A stretch of 64,000 bases of DNA, from assembly GCA_963514005.1 (NCBI GenBank), contig OY740788.1, positions 9,114,001 through 9,178,000 of the forward strand, written 5' to 3'. Below the pieces are notes generated by a model. The model searched no databases. It was not told the DNA's origin and saw nothing but the letters and a program-made list of their open reading frames with translations. The first letter of the stretch is position 1. The number at the start of each line of letters is the position of its first letter. Below are positions 1 through 12,515 of the stretch, one piece after another. The position numbers and the translations under genes were made by a program. Origin of the DNA: Raja brachyura. Lineage: Eukaryota.

Positions 1-249
1 GGGCCGAATGGCCTACTCCTGCACCTATTTTCTATGTTTCTAATAATAGGAAAGTAACAGAAGGAAGAAAAAGAGAAATAGAGAAAGTTAGATAAGATAG
101 TGAGTACGAGAGAAAGTGAAAAGAAAGAGCCCGTAGAGACGTAGAGTGCGAGGAAGAATAAAAGAAAGAAAAAGAAAAATAAAAAAAGGAAAATATAAGG
201 AAATAAGATAAGATAATAGGGATGAACCTACTTCATATCTTTACACACC

Positions 250-1190
250 CCTCACCAGGTCCTGAAGCTGTTTATTTCCAAAGTTATATTGCACCCTATG
301 CTTGTAATAAGTCGATAAATGGAGACCAAATCTTTAAGAATTGGTCTGATTTGCCTGCTGGATGAATCTCAAGTCTTCGAGATGTAACATTTCGGACATA
401 TTTGAAATCCACATTTTTACCGTTGGTGTGGGTGCATTTTTCCAAAATTTAAGTATGAGTCTTTTTGCCGTTATTAAGCCATAATTAAGGAAACTCTTTT
501 GGAACTAAGTCAGCTCAAAGCCGACTTCCATTGTTCCAAAAAATAATCAATTCTGCGTTAGGTTCCAATTGTATTTTAAATAATTTTGTAAATATTTCAA
601 AGATTTAATTCCAAAAGTTTTGGATTTTTATGCAAAAAACAAAGGAATGTGCTATACTGTTGTTGCTTCTTGAGATAAACATTTATCACAAATGGGGGAA
701 ACATTTGGAAAGATTTTACTTAGTTTAGTTTTCGAATAGTATAATCTATGAAGGATTTTGAATTGGATTAGAATATGTCTTTCATTGATCGAGCATTTAT
801 ATACATATAGCAAGTATTTATCCCAATCTCTCTCGAGATGTTTACAGATAGTTCTTGTTCCAAATCTCTTCTAATTCTATCGGATGATGGTATTTCTATA
901 TTTGGGATGATATTATACAAGTATGATATTAAGTTAGTTGAGTCCGCCTTTCTATTCGTAGCTTCATCTATTAGTCTGGAGTCAAAGTTTGGTATTCTTG
1001 TGTATGTTTTTTCAAATAATCATGGATTTGAAGATATTTAAAATATTGATTACTTCTCAGATTGTATTTAAGTTGTAGTTGTTGGAATGATTAAAAAAAA
1101 TCCAGTTTTATATTTGTCTTCAATTGTTTTAATTCATATTCTTTCCCAATGTGTAAATGATTTATTTCCCAATGTGTAAATGATGTGCCG
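250..1190 (-). mobile_element. L1/Tx1-clade LINE 3' fragment (ORF2 C-terminal Cys-rich region), degenerate
   Basis: Minus-strand translation QFKILHRLYYSKTKLSKIFPNVSPICDKC...HSFVFC...NFW...KIWSPFIDLL with stops/frameshifts. Confidence 0.7.
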
Positions 1191-1269
1191 CCCAACATTT
1201 GACATGAATACAACATTTGTTTGCTTTCCTTGTTTCAGCCCAGGGTCATTGCCCCAAATACCCAACGTT

Positions 1270-1281
1270 CTATGATGTTTG
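1270..1281 (-). CDS. Candidate TM2 cytoplasmic exon (QTS*)
   Basis: Long pyrimidine tract ending GATACAG|CAA ACA TCA TAG in the short unique island between a CR1 and an L1; AATAAA at 1161-1166. Confidence 0.35.
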   Translation of the reverse strand, partial: QTS

Positions 1282-1349
1282 CTGTATCAAGGCCAGAGGA
1301 CAGGAGTAAAGAGGAATGGTTCAAAGACAAGGGGGATGTGAAGGGTCCC

Positions 1350-4300
1350 ATAGAAACATAGAAAATAGGTGCAGGGGCCCTTCGAGCAAGCACCGCCATT
1401 CACCAAATGGTGGACGAGGTCTGATTGACCTGGACGATGACACGTTGGCCTGGCTCACATTAACGGAGCTGCAGGTCTAAAAGATACGGCAGAAAAAGAA
1501 GAAGATGGATGATCATCCTCAATCAATAACCTGTGCCTGCCTTCACCCCATATTCCTTGATTTCACTAGCCCCTAGAGCTCTATCTAACTCTCTCTTAAA
1601 TCCATCCAGTGATTTGGCCTCCACTGCCCTCTGTGGCAGGGAATTCCACAAATTCACAACTCTCTGGGTGAAAAAGTTTTTTCCCACCTCAGTCTTAAAT
1701 GGCCTTTCCTTTATTCTAAGACTGTGGCCCCTGGTTCTGGACTCGCCCAACATTGGGAACATTTTTCCTGCATCTAGCTTGTCCAGTCCTTTTATAATTT
1801 TATATGTTTCTATAAGATTGCCCCTCATCAATCTAAACCCCAGTGAATACAAGCCTAGTCTTTTCAATCTTTCCTCATATGACTGTCCCACCATCTCAGG
1901 GATCAATCACGTGAACCGATGCTGCACTGCCTTAATCACAAGGATGTCCTTCCTCAAATTAGGAGACCAAAACTGTACACAATACTCCAGATGTGACCTT
2001 ACCAGAGCCCTATACAACTGCAGAAGAACCTCTTTACTCCTATACTGAAATCCTCTTGTTATGAAGGCTAACATTCCATTAGCTTTCTTCACTGCCTGCT
2101 GTACCTGCACACCAACTTTCAGTGACTGGTGTACAAGCACACCCAGGTCTCGCTGTACTTCCCCCTTACCTAACCTAACCCCATTGAGACAATAATCTGC
2201 CCCCTTGTGTTTGCCGCCAAAGTGGATAACCTCACATTTATCTATATTATACTGTATCTGCCACGCATCTGCCACGCATCTGCCCACTCACTCAACCTGT
2301 CCAGGTCACCCTGCAACCTCCTAACATCCTCTTCACAGTTCACACTGCCACCCAGCTTTGTGTCATCTGCAAACTTGCTAGTGTTGCTCCTAATCCCTCT
2401 TCCAAATCATTAATATATATGGTAAACAGTTGCGGCCCCAACACCGAGCCTTGCGGCACTCCACTCGCCACTACCTGCCATTCTGAAAATGACCCATTCA
2501 CTCCTACTCTTTGCTTCCTGTCTGCCAACTAATTTACTATCCATGTCAACACCCGACCCCCAATACCATGTCCTCTAATTTTAGTCACCAGTCTCCCGTA
2601 CAGGATCTTAACAAAGGCTTTCTGAAAGTCTAGATACACTACATCCACTGGCTCCCCTTCATCCATTTTACTTGTCACATCCTCAAAAAATTCCAGAAGA
2701 TTAGTCAAGCATGATTTCCCTTTCATAAATCCATGTTGACTTGGACTAATCCTTTTACTGCTATCCAAATGCTCCATTATTACCTCTTTAATAATTGACT
2801 CCAGCATCTTTCCCACCGCCGAAGTCAGGCTAACTGGTCTGTAATTCCCCGTTTTCTCTCTCGCTCCTTTCTTGAAAAGTGGGATAACATTAGCTATCCT
2901 CCAATCCACAGGAACTGATCCTGAATCTACTGAACATTGGAAAATGATCACCAATGCGCCCACTATTTCTAGAGCCACCTCGCTGATGCAGACCATCAGG
3001 CCCAGGGGATTCATCATCCTTCAGTCCCATTAGCCTACCCAATACTATTTCTCACCTAATGAAAATTTATTTCAGTTCCTCTTCCCCTCCTTAGATCCTC
3101 TGTCCTCCAGTACATCTGGGAGATTGTTTGTGTCTTCCTTAGTGAAGACAGATCCGAAGTTCAACTCTTCTGCCATTTCCTTATTACCCATAATAATTTC
3201 ACCCGTGTCTGCCTTAACATTTGACTTTTCTACTTTTTTACCCTTAACATATCTGAAGAAGCTTTTACTGTCCTTCTTAATATTCCTGGCCAGCTTCCTC
3301 TCGTACTTCATCTTTTCAGCCCATATTGCCCGTTTTGTTTCCTTCTGTTGTCCTAAGAAAGTTTCCCAATCCTCTGCCTTCCGGCTACTCTTTGCTCTGT
3401 TATACATCTTTTCTTTAGTTTTATTCTATCCCTAACTTCCCTTGTCAGCCACGGTTGTGTCCTACTCCCCTTAGAATCTTTCTTCCTTTTTGGAATGAAA
3501 TGATCCTGCGACTTCTGGATTATGCCCAGAAATTCCTGCCATTGCTGTTCCACCATCATTCCTGCTAGGATCCCTTTCCAGTCTACCTTGGCCAGCTCCT
3601 CTCTCATGGCTTCATAGTCCCCTTTGTTCAACTGCATCACTGACACTTCCGATGTAACCTTCTCCTCAAATTGCAGATTAAAACTAATCAGATTATGATC
3701 ACTACCTCCAAGCGGTTCCTTTACCTCGAGTTCTCTTTATCAAATCTGGTTCATTGGACAACACTAAATCCAGAATTGCCCTTTCTTTGGTCGGCTCCAT
3801 TACAAGCTGCTCTAAGAATCCATCTCGGAGGCATTCTACAAACTATTTTTCTTGGGGTCCTGAACCAACCTGATTTTCCCAGTCTACCTGCATATTGAAA
3901 TCCCCCATCACCACGGTGGCATTACCTTTGTTACATGCCAGTTCTAACTCCTGCTGCAACTTACACCCTACATCCGGGCTTCTATATGGGGGTCTGTAGA
4001 TAACACCAATTAGTGTCTTCTTGCATTTGCAATTCCTCAACTCAATCCAGAGTGACTCTACCTCGTCAGTCCGTATGTCTTCCCTCGCAAGGGATTGAAT
4101 TCCATTCCTCCCGAGAAGAGCTACCCCCCTCCTCTGCCCACCTGCCTGTCCTTTCTATAGGATGTATTACCCTGAATATTAAGTTCCCAGGCCCGATCCT
4201 CCTGCAGCCACGTCTCAGTAATCCCCACAATGTCATATCTACCAACCTGTGACTGAGCCTCAAGCTCATCTACTTTACTTCCTATACTTCCCGCATTCAT

Positions 4301-4480
4301 AAACAATATTTTTAATTCCTTACGCATCTCACCTTTCACATCGATCCCTATTACACTTGTCCATACTCTCCTATCCCTTTGTGAGCTTTCTTTCCCGTTA
4401 ATTCTGGGATCATTAACTATCCCCTTACTCCCTTTTCCTTTAACTCCATCCCATTTGACAACCCCCCCCCCTCCCCCCCC
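1350..4480 (-). mobile_element. CR1 LINE ORF2 (APE endonuclease + RT), broken frame, within the TM1-TM2 intron
   Basis: ORF pieces [53 protein letters not shown]; CR1 3' tail (CTATGTTT). Confidence 0.92.
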
Positions 4481-4616
4481 CCGTTATTGTCACAGATTGC
4501 ATCATCTGTTGGCCGTGGTGTGGTGAGGATTGGAGAATCAGAGAACACAGTGTAGTGAGGAATGGACGGTCACAGTGTGGGGGTCACAAAGTATCTCTGT
4601 CGTTGGTCATCGTTAC

Positions 4617-4756
4617 CTTGACAACGGTGACAAAGGTACTGTAGAGGAAACTGATAATGAACAGGGTGGCGAAGGCAGCAACTGCAGGCACATTGTCATC
4701 TTCATCCAAGTACCCCGGCTCCTCCTTCCCTTCCTCTCCTGTCAAGTCTGTGCCGG
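4617..4756 (-). CDS. IgW: IgW transmembrane exon TM1 (AGTDLTGEEGKEEPGYLDEDDNVPAVAAFATLFIISFLYSTFVTVVK)
   Basis: Not in the ORF track; branch point ACTAAC + pyrimidine tract + GAAG|; acidic spacer then CART motif (F..LF..S..YST.VT..K); donor AAG|GTAAC. Confidence 0.92.
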
Positions 4757-5972
4757 CTTCAGGACAAATGAGAAGGTGAGACAGTTAGTTTGCCGCGGAT
4801 GTTTTGTGAAGATCAACATCATGTGAATAAAATGAAGACAACAGGAGGACAGGAACACAGGAAGCTCGGGTCAGTTCCACCGTTCAATGATATTGTGGAG
4901 ATCTATCACCAGCTCCACTGAGCTGACTTTTCCCCCACATCCATTAACATCTCGTGTAGTCAAACTCTGCAATCTCAGATTTTAAATCACCTTCAGACCT
5001 GGAACCAAATGCTAACTGTGGAAGGCAATTCCAAACTTCCATGAGCCTCTGATAGACACAAAAAGCTGGTGTAACTCAGCGGGACAGGCAGCATCTCTTG
5101 AGAGAAGGAATGGTTGACGCTTCGGGTCGAGATCCTTCTTCAGACGCCATGATCCTCTTCCGTGCAGCATGGCTGCCTCTAACTTTTAGACCCTGTACTT
5201 TGTATAAAGTTGGATTTCCATAGATCAGGGAGATCATTTGTAACCCAGAGAGCACTGTACACAAGTAAAAAATAATTCCTCCTATCTAGTTAGTTTGGTT
5301 TATTGTCACGTGTACCGAGGTACAGTGAAAAGCTTTTGTTGCGTGCTAACCAGTCAGCGGAAAGACAATACATGATTACAAATGAGTAATTTACAGTGGA
5401 TACATACATGATAAGGGAATAACGTTTAGTGCAAGGTAAAACCAATAAAGTCCGATCAAAGATAGTCCGAGGGTCTCCAGTGAGGTAGATAGTAGTTCAG
5501 GGCCGCTCGTTGGTTGTGGTAGGATTATTCAGTTGCCTGATAACAGCTGGGAAGACACTGTCCCTGAATGTGGAGATGTGTAAATAGATCATCCCAGGAT
5601 AATCTATTCTGTTAGCTCCCATTAACTTTGTGAAAACATCAAACAAATCTTCCTCGAGCCTTCTAAATTACAACCTACTCAGCATCATGAAAGTAAGCAT
5701 ACAGGTAGGTACAACAGGCAGTGAAGAAAGTGAATGGCATGTTGGCCTTCCTAACAAGAGGAGTTGAGTATAGGAGCAAAGAGGTCCTGCTGCAGTTGTA
5801 CTGGGCCCTAGTGAGACCACACCCTGAGTATTGTGTGCAGTTTTAGTCACCTAATTTGAGGAAGGGCATTCTTGCTATTGAGGGTGTGCCGCCTAGGTTT
5901 ACAAGGTTAATTCCCAGGATGGTGGGACTGTCATATGCTGAGCGGCTGGGCTTGTATACTCTGGAGTTTAGA

Positions 5973-6512
5973 AGGCCACCAAATTCAAGTGCAGTTTCAT
6001 ACCACTTCAAGCAGGGTGCAAGGCCAAAGAATTCAAGTGCAGTGGTATGAAACTGCACTTGAATTCTTTGGCCTTGCACCCTGCTTGAAGTGGTAGGAAA
6101 CCGCACTTGAATTCGGTGGCCTTGCACCCTGCTTGAAGTGGTAGGAAACCGCACTTGAATTCGGTGGCCTTGCACCCTGCTTGAAGTGGTAGGAAACTGC
6201 ACTTGAATTTGGTGACCTTGCACCCTGCTCAAAGTGGTAAGAAACTGCATTTGAATTTGGCGGCCTTGCACCCTGCTTGAAATGGAATATCAAGGAATAG
6301 CCATGAGTCAACTGCCAGCCCACCAGCCATGAATCAACTGCCAGCACATCAGGCTTGAGGAACTGAGCTGCCACCCCAAGAACCCATACCAGCGCTCCAG
6401 AAAGCCCCTCCACTGGCCACCAATATTAGAATTGGTGGAGAGGAGGAATATTGCGTCGGGGGACCAGCCCTCCCGTGTGAACATGGGACCCAACAGGTCC
6501 CACTTAGTCTAG
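5973..6512 (+). mobile_element. Non-autonomous Helitron 3' part with 48-bp minisatellite
   Basis: Ends in hairpin GGGACC-caaca-GGTCCC, then ACTTAGT-CTAG|T; internal 48-bp tandem repeats. Confidence 0.7.
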
Positions 6513-6526
6513 TATATATATATATA

Positions 6527-8269
6527 CTAGACTAAGTGGGACCAGTTGGGTCCCAGCATCACACGGGAGGGCCGGTCCCCCAACGCAATATTCCACCTCT
6601 CCACCAAATCCAATATTGGTGGCCAGTGGGGGGAGGGGGGGGGGGGGCGGCTATTTTGAGCGCTAGTATGGATGATTTGGGCCGAAGGGACTGGTTTCCA
6701 GAGAACTAATATGGACATTGTGTGCCGAATGGATTCTTGGGCTGGCACCTCAGTCACTCAAGCCTGTTGTGTTGGCAGCTCACTCACTCACGGCTGGTGG
6801 GCTGGCAGTTGACTCACAGCTATTCCTTGAAATTCAATTTCAAGCAGGGTGCAAGACCACCAAATTCAAGTGCCGTTTCAATAGACAATAGACAATAGGT
6901 GCAAGAGTATGCCATTCGACCCTTCGAGTCAGCACCGCCATTAAATCTGATCATGGCTGATTATCCCCATATCCCCTGACTCCGCTATTTTTAAGAGCAC
7001 TATCTAGCTCTCTCTTGAAAGCATCCCGAGAACCTGCCACCACCGCCCTCTGAGGCAGAGAATTCCACAGACTCACCACTCTCTGTGAGAAAAAGTGTTT
7101 CCTCGTCTCCGTTCTAAATGGCTTACTCCTTATTCTTAAACTGTGGCCCCTGGTTCTGGACTTCCCCAACATCGAGAATATGTTTCCTGCCTGTGTCCAA
7201 GCCCTTAACAATGTTTCAATGAGATCCCCTCTCATCCTTCTAAACTCCAGAGTGTACAAGCCCAGCTGCTCAATTCTCTCAGCAAATGACAGTCCCGCCA
7301 TCCCGGGAATTAACCTTGTAAACCTACGCTGCACTCCCTGAATAACAAGAATGTCCTTCCTCAAATTAGGGGACCAAATTCTTACCACTTCAAGCAGGGT
7401 GCAACACCACCAAATTCAAGTGCAGTTTCATACCATTTCAAGCAGGGTGCAAGGCCACTAAAGACAGCGAGTCATGACCTCTCCCTCCTCCATCTTGCAG
7501 CGACTGAGCCACGTCCACACTTCTGGGTTTTATAGTCCCTTCCCTCCCACCAGAAGTGGTGTGGCCTTCATGGCGTGATTGACAGGAGAAAGAATCTCAA
7601 ACTTTTTAAAACACTAATAACTTTTTTTTCATTGATGCGAAAAATCCTCAGCACCTGATGGGCGAAGGGGGACTCTGAGTAAGATGGCCTCAAATCACAG
7701 CCGTACGTGGTAGTTTTGTTTCTAAAATCAATATAAAGCGCAAACAGGAAGTGGTCAAGATTAGACTTTTAATTATATAGAAGGCAAGGCAACTTTAATT
7801 AGGCAAGGCAACTTTAATTAGGCAAGACAGCTTTAGCATTTCCAAACCAAAGGCAACACAGCTTTAGCATTTCCAAACTATATTTTCAAACCACAATAAG
7901 GCCACTGACAGGTCAGTAAAACCACTCACAGTTTAGTAGACATGCGTTTAGTGTTATTCACAGCTCAGACTGAGAGACGTGACCCCCTAGCTCCCCCATC
8001 TTGCAGAGACTGACTGAGGCACTCAACACTTCCGGGTTTTATAGTCCTTCCGGAAGGGGCGTGCCTTCAGGAGGGAGTGTCTCAACATTTTTTAAACACT
8101 AATAACTCTTTTATTTTTTATTGATGGGATTATTTTTATTGTCCTGCGCAGCGGAAGAAGACTGAGCAAGATGGCCAAAAATCACAGCCGTTAAGTGGCA
8201 GTGTTTTTTTCTAAAATCAATGTACAGAACAACAGGAAGTGGTCAAGATCAGACTTTTAGTAATATAGA
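6527..8269 (-). mobile_element. Non-autonomous Helitron (A|TCTATATTACTAAAAG ... hairpin-CTAG|T) interrupted by a CR1 fragment (6882-7380)
   Basis: 5' TC and 3' CTAG termini, AT target, no TSD, subterminal hairpin; second 5'-end copy at ~7781. Confidence 0.78.
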
Positions 8270-8610
8270 TACACAATAAATAAACAGATAAAGTGCAATA
8301 GGCTGTTATTGTTCAGAGTTTGTTTGATGGCCTGATGGCTGTGGGGAAGAAGCTGTTCTTGAACCTGGATGTTCCTGATTTGAAGCTCCTGTATCTTCTT
8401 CCCGATGGCAACGGAGAGATGAGTGTGTGGCCAGGATGGTGTGGGTTTTTGATGATGTTGGCAGCCTTTTTGAGGCAGCAACTGCGATAAATCCCTTCGA
8501 TGGTGGGGAGGTCAGAGCCGATGATGGACTGGGCAGTGGTCACAACTTTCTGCATTCTTTTCCGCTCCTGGACGTTCAAGTTGCCGAACCAAGCCACAAT
8601 GCAACCAGTT
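8270..8610 (-). mobile_element. Rex1/Babar LINE 3' fragment
   Basis: TGCIVAWFGN...IIKNPHHPGH...PSGRRYRS...RFKNSFFP. Confidence 0.8.
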
Positions 8611-9837
8611 ATGTTTAACCAAAAAGTTATGTTTGATATGAATTTGGTCTGGAATCCATTTTCATTCTCAGTTGACGTTCTCTCCCTGGCTAAGTAATGT
8701 CCACCGATGTGCACGAGACACTTGAATAGCAGTGGCTTTCTGGAGAGACATTCCCTTTCCTCAAGAGTACCAACTGCTCAACTAACCACAACATGGTCTT
8801 GTTATTATCAGCACAATATCACATGAGGAGATAATCACATTTGACAGAGTGCAGGAGATGGTTAGACACGCAGATGTACAGGCTCTTTCACCCAGAGTAG
8901 GGCAATCAAGAACCAGAGGACATGGGTTTAAGGATTGGGGGGACAGATTTAATGGGAATCTGAGGGGCAACTTTTTCACACAGAGGGCACTGCGACATGG
9001 AATGTGCTGAGCGAGGAGGTAGTTGAGGCAGAAACTATAGCATTGTTTAAAAGTTATTTGGACAGGTACATGGATGGGACCAATAGTGAAAGGCCTGGAT
9101 AGAGTGGATGTAGAGAGGATGATTCCACTCATGGAAGAGTATAGGACCACAGCCTCAGAATTCCTCTAGGAAGATGAGGAGGAATTTCTTTAGTCACAGG
9201 GTAGTGAATCTGAGGAATTCATTGCCACAGAAGGCTGTGGAGGCCCATTCAATGGGTATTTTTATAGCAGAGATAGATAGATTCTTGATTAGTATTGGTG
9301 TCAGGGGGAGAATGCGATTAGGAAGGAGAGATAAATCAGCCATGATTCAATGGCGGAGTAGACTTGATGGGCCGAATGGCCTAATTCTGCATCTCTCACT
9401 TATGAACATGAGATGATTAGTGATTTGGGCCAAACAAGGGGAGGCGTGACTAGTATCGATCGGGCACCTTGGTTGGCAAAGACAAGCTGAGCTGAAGGGC
9501 CTGTTACCGTACTGTATAAATCTATGACCCATGATCACTCCAATGCCAACGCGCTTGTACCCAGCTCCTTCCACACAATGGACTTTTGATGGACCTCTTT
9601 TCCAGTGTTGACAAACAATTGTACAAGTACAAATACTCGACCCCACTCTTCAAATTAGCAGCAAGACAACTAGTCTGAGATGCCACACACAGAGGGCCCT
9701 CAACAATGAGTGGGTTGACCCTGTGACACTAATGTTGAAGAACAGCAGGCTTGGTCTTCTCAGTGTCCTGGCCACTGAGGTGGTTTGGAATAAACTGAAG
9801 TTGTGAAAGCACAGAAGTATGTTGCATTGTGTCCTAG

Positions 9838-10325
9838 TCCTGGTTGCATCGTGGCCTGGTTCGGCAACTTGAACGTCCAGGAGCGAAAAAGACAACAAAA
9901 AGTTGTGACCATTGCCCAGTCCATCGCCGGCTTTGACCTCCCCACCGTCGGAGGGATCTATCGTAGTCGCCGCCTCAAAAAGGCAGCCAACATCATCAAG
10001 GACCCACACCATCCTGGCCACCCACTCATTTCACCATTGCCATCAGGAAGAAGTTACAGGAGCCTGAATACTGTAACTTCCAGGTCCAGGAACAGCTACT
10101 TCCCCACAGCCATCAGGCTATTAAACACAACAATAAATAAGCTCTGAGCTCTGAACAGCAAAAGACTATATTATTATTTGTTATTTGCACTATTTGTTAT
10201 TTATTGAACTTTTTCTTTTTTTCTCTTCCCCCGTTATGTACGATGTTTACATATTCTGTTGTGCTGCAGCATGTAAGAATTTCAGTGTCCCGTCCGGGAC
10301 ATATGACAATAAAACACTCTTGACT
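9838..10325 (+). mobile_element. Rex1/Babar LINE 3' fragment
   Basis: GCIVAWFGN...DPHHPGH...PSGRSYRS; GACAATAAA tail. Confidence 0.8.
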
Positions 10326-10468
10326 CTTCTTCACCCTAGTTTAGGCCTCTTGGTTATCACTCACTCACTCACACACTGCAACACCTGTCCTTCAGTGCTA
10401 AACTTGCCTGGCCCTATTTTGTGACGGGGCAAAAGATGTGATGATTGGAGTGAATCCCAGCACCGTAC

Positions 10469-10786
10469 CTTGAAAGCTTTTCACTTCCCGGCCGATACTG
10501 GTGTTCGAGGGGGGATGAGACACTGTGCAGCCGAAGACTGAGCCTTTCTTCCAATCCTCTGAACTCACAGTCAGGAAGTGGCTGGCACTGAAAGTCCCCC
10601 CCTGCTCCAGAGCAGTCGGTGTCGCGCTGGTGGTGGAGGAGATCGGGGCTCCGTCTTTCTCCCAAGTGACGTTTATGAGGTCCGGGTAGAAACCAGAGAG
10701 CACACACTCGAGGGTGGATGTGTGGCTGCGCTTGGCCTCTTCGTGAGCTGGAGGCAGCAGTCTGACCTTGGGTCTTTTTGTTTCAA
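10469..10786 (-). CDS. IgW: IgW constant exon C8 (C4 paralog; VETKRPKVRLLPP...LECVLSGFYPD...SFQ)
   Basis: CTGTTCCAG| acceptor, G|GTACG donor, 318 nt like C4; about 73% aa identity to C4 by hand count. Confidence 0.9.
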
Positions 10787-10828
10787 CTGGAACAGAGGAG
10801 CAAAGTAGATGTGAGACCCTCTTCCTCA

Positions 10829-11171
10829 AGGGCCTGTCCCACTTACGCAACTTTTTCAGTGACTGCCCGCACCCGTCATCGGTCGTTACAGGTCGCCGAA
10901 AAATTTCAACATGTTGAAAATTCCGCGGCGACCAGAACAAGGTACGACTCTTTGGGCGACTACTCTCGACCATACAGGCTTCACCCCGCGACATGTCGCC
11001 AGGGTGTCGCCTGTATGGTCGTGAGTCGTCTCCTCAGTCGCCCAAAGAGTCGTAGCGTCTTTCTGGTTGCCGCTGGATTTTCAACATGTTGAAAATTTTC
11101 GCTGACCTGCAACGACCTATGACGGGTGCCGGCAGTCACCGAAAAAGTCGCGTAAAAGTGGGACAGGCCCT
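10829..11171. mobile_element. PIF/Harbinger-like foldback MITE in the C7-C8 intron
   Basis: TIR AGGGCCTGTCCCACT ... AGTGGGACAGGCCCT, 3-bp TSD TCA on both sides, long internal inverted repeat. Confidence 0.8.
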
Positions 11172-11217
11172 TCATGGTAACTAATGTTGGCCATATCATT
11201 GCCGATCTCTCGCCCAC

Positions 11218-11520
11218 CTTTGGCACTTTCTGTCCGTGCAGACACTGGTGAGGATGATGGAGATCGTTGGGCAGAGCACACAACCTCCACCCCGCTGGTC
11301 CATTCCTCCACACTGCTCCAGAGTTTACTGCTCACTCTGTCTTGGGTCCTTTCCCCTCTCGGTTGGCGGGTCACAGCCCCTGTAGTTCTCTCCCTTCCGC
11401 TCACTTGCCAGTGGATTTGGACCTGGCTCAAATCAGCACCCATTACCACGCACACCACAGTCGCAGTCTTGTTGATCCAAATCTCTTCAGTGGAGGGGTT
11501 TTGGATAAAGACAGACAATT
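11218..11520 (-). CDS. IgW: IgW constant exon C7 (C3 paralog; ELSVFIQNPSTEEIWINKTATVVC...)
   Basis: CATCTGCAG| acceptor, G|GTGGG donor, 303 nt, open; about 60% aa identity to C3 by hand alignment. Confidence 0.9.
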
Positions 11521-11624
11521 CTGCAGATGAGAAATAGGAAGCTTACAAACCAGACAAAGTCTGGTGTTATCGTCACCGATCAACTGGACTCTGACGACTT
11601 GCATTCATTTTCCAGACTCACTTT

Positions 11625-12515
11625 ATTATGTGCACAAGGAACAACCTCTCTCTCAATGTCAGCGAAACTAAAGAGATGATCGTGGACTACAGGAGACACC
11701 AGGGAAGTGGACACCTCCCATCCACATCGGTGAGGCTGAGGTTGAAAGGGTCAGCAGCTTCAAGTTCCTCACTGCACACGGACACAATAACAAAGAAAGC
11801 CCGCCAGCGGCTCTTGTTCCTGAGATGACTGAGGAAGTTTGGCATGAACGCCAGCATCCTCACAAACTTCTACAGGTGCACCATGGAGAGCCTGCATCAC
11901 AGTCTGGTACGGGAACTGTTCTGCCCACAGCCGCAAATCACTACAGAGTGTGGTGAAGGCAGCACAGCACATCACTGGCAACTGTTCCTGCGGAAGGTAC
12001 ACAGCATCATCAAGGACCACAGCCACCCAGCACGCACACTGTTCTCCACGAAATGGCAGCGAATTGTGGTTGCAGCCCAGACCATCACACAAACTAACCT
12101 CCCTTCCACTGACTCCATTTACATCTCACGCTGCCTTGGCAAGGCCAGCAGCATAATCAAGGACCGTCGCACCCTGGCCACTCCTTTATCTCCCCTCTCC
12201 CATCAGGCAAAAGGTATAGAAGTGTGAAAACGCACACCTCCAGATTCAGGGACAGTTTCTTCCCAGCTGTTATCAAGCAACTGAACCAACCCCTCACCAA
12301 CTAGAACGCAGTCCTGAGCTATCATCTACCTCACTGGAGACCCTTGGACTATGTTTAATCGGACATTACCTTGCACAAAACGTTATTCCCTTTATCATGT
12401 ATCTGTATACTGTGGATGGCTTGATTGTAATTACATAGTCTTTCCGCTGACTGGTTAGCATGCAACAAAAAGCATTTTCACTGTACCTCAGTCTACGTGA
12501 CAATAAACTAAACCA
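11625..12515 (+). mobile_element. Rex1-like LINE fragments plus SINE-type 3' tail
   Basis: NNLSLNVSETKEMIVDYR, KKARQRLLFLR, NFYRCT; GTGACAATAAACTAAAC tail. Confidence 0.7.

Noticed and set aside
5843-6413. 16-aa-periodic ORFs
   Set aside because: Read-through of the 48-bp minisatellite
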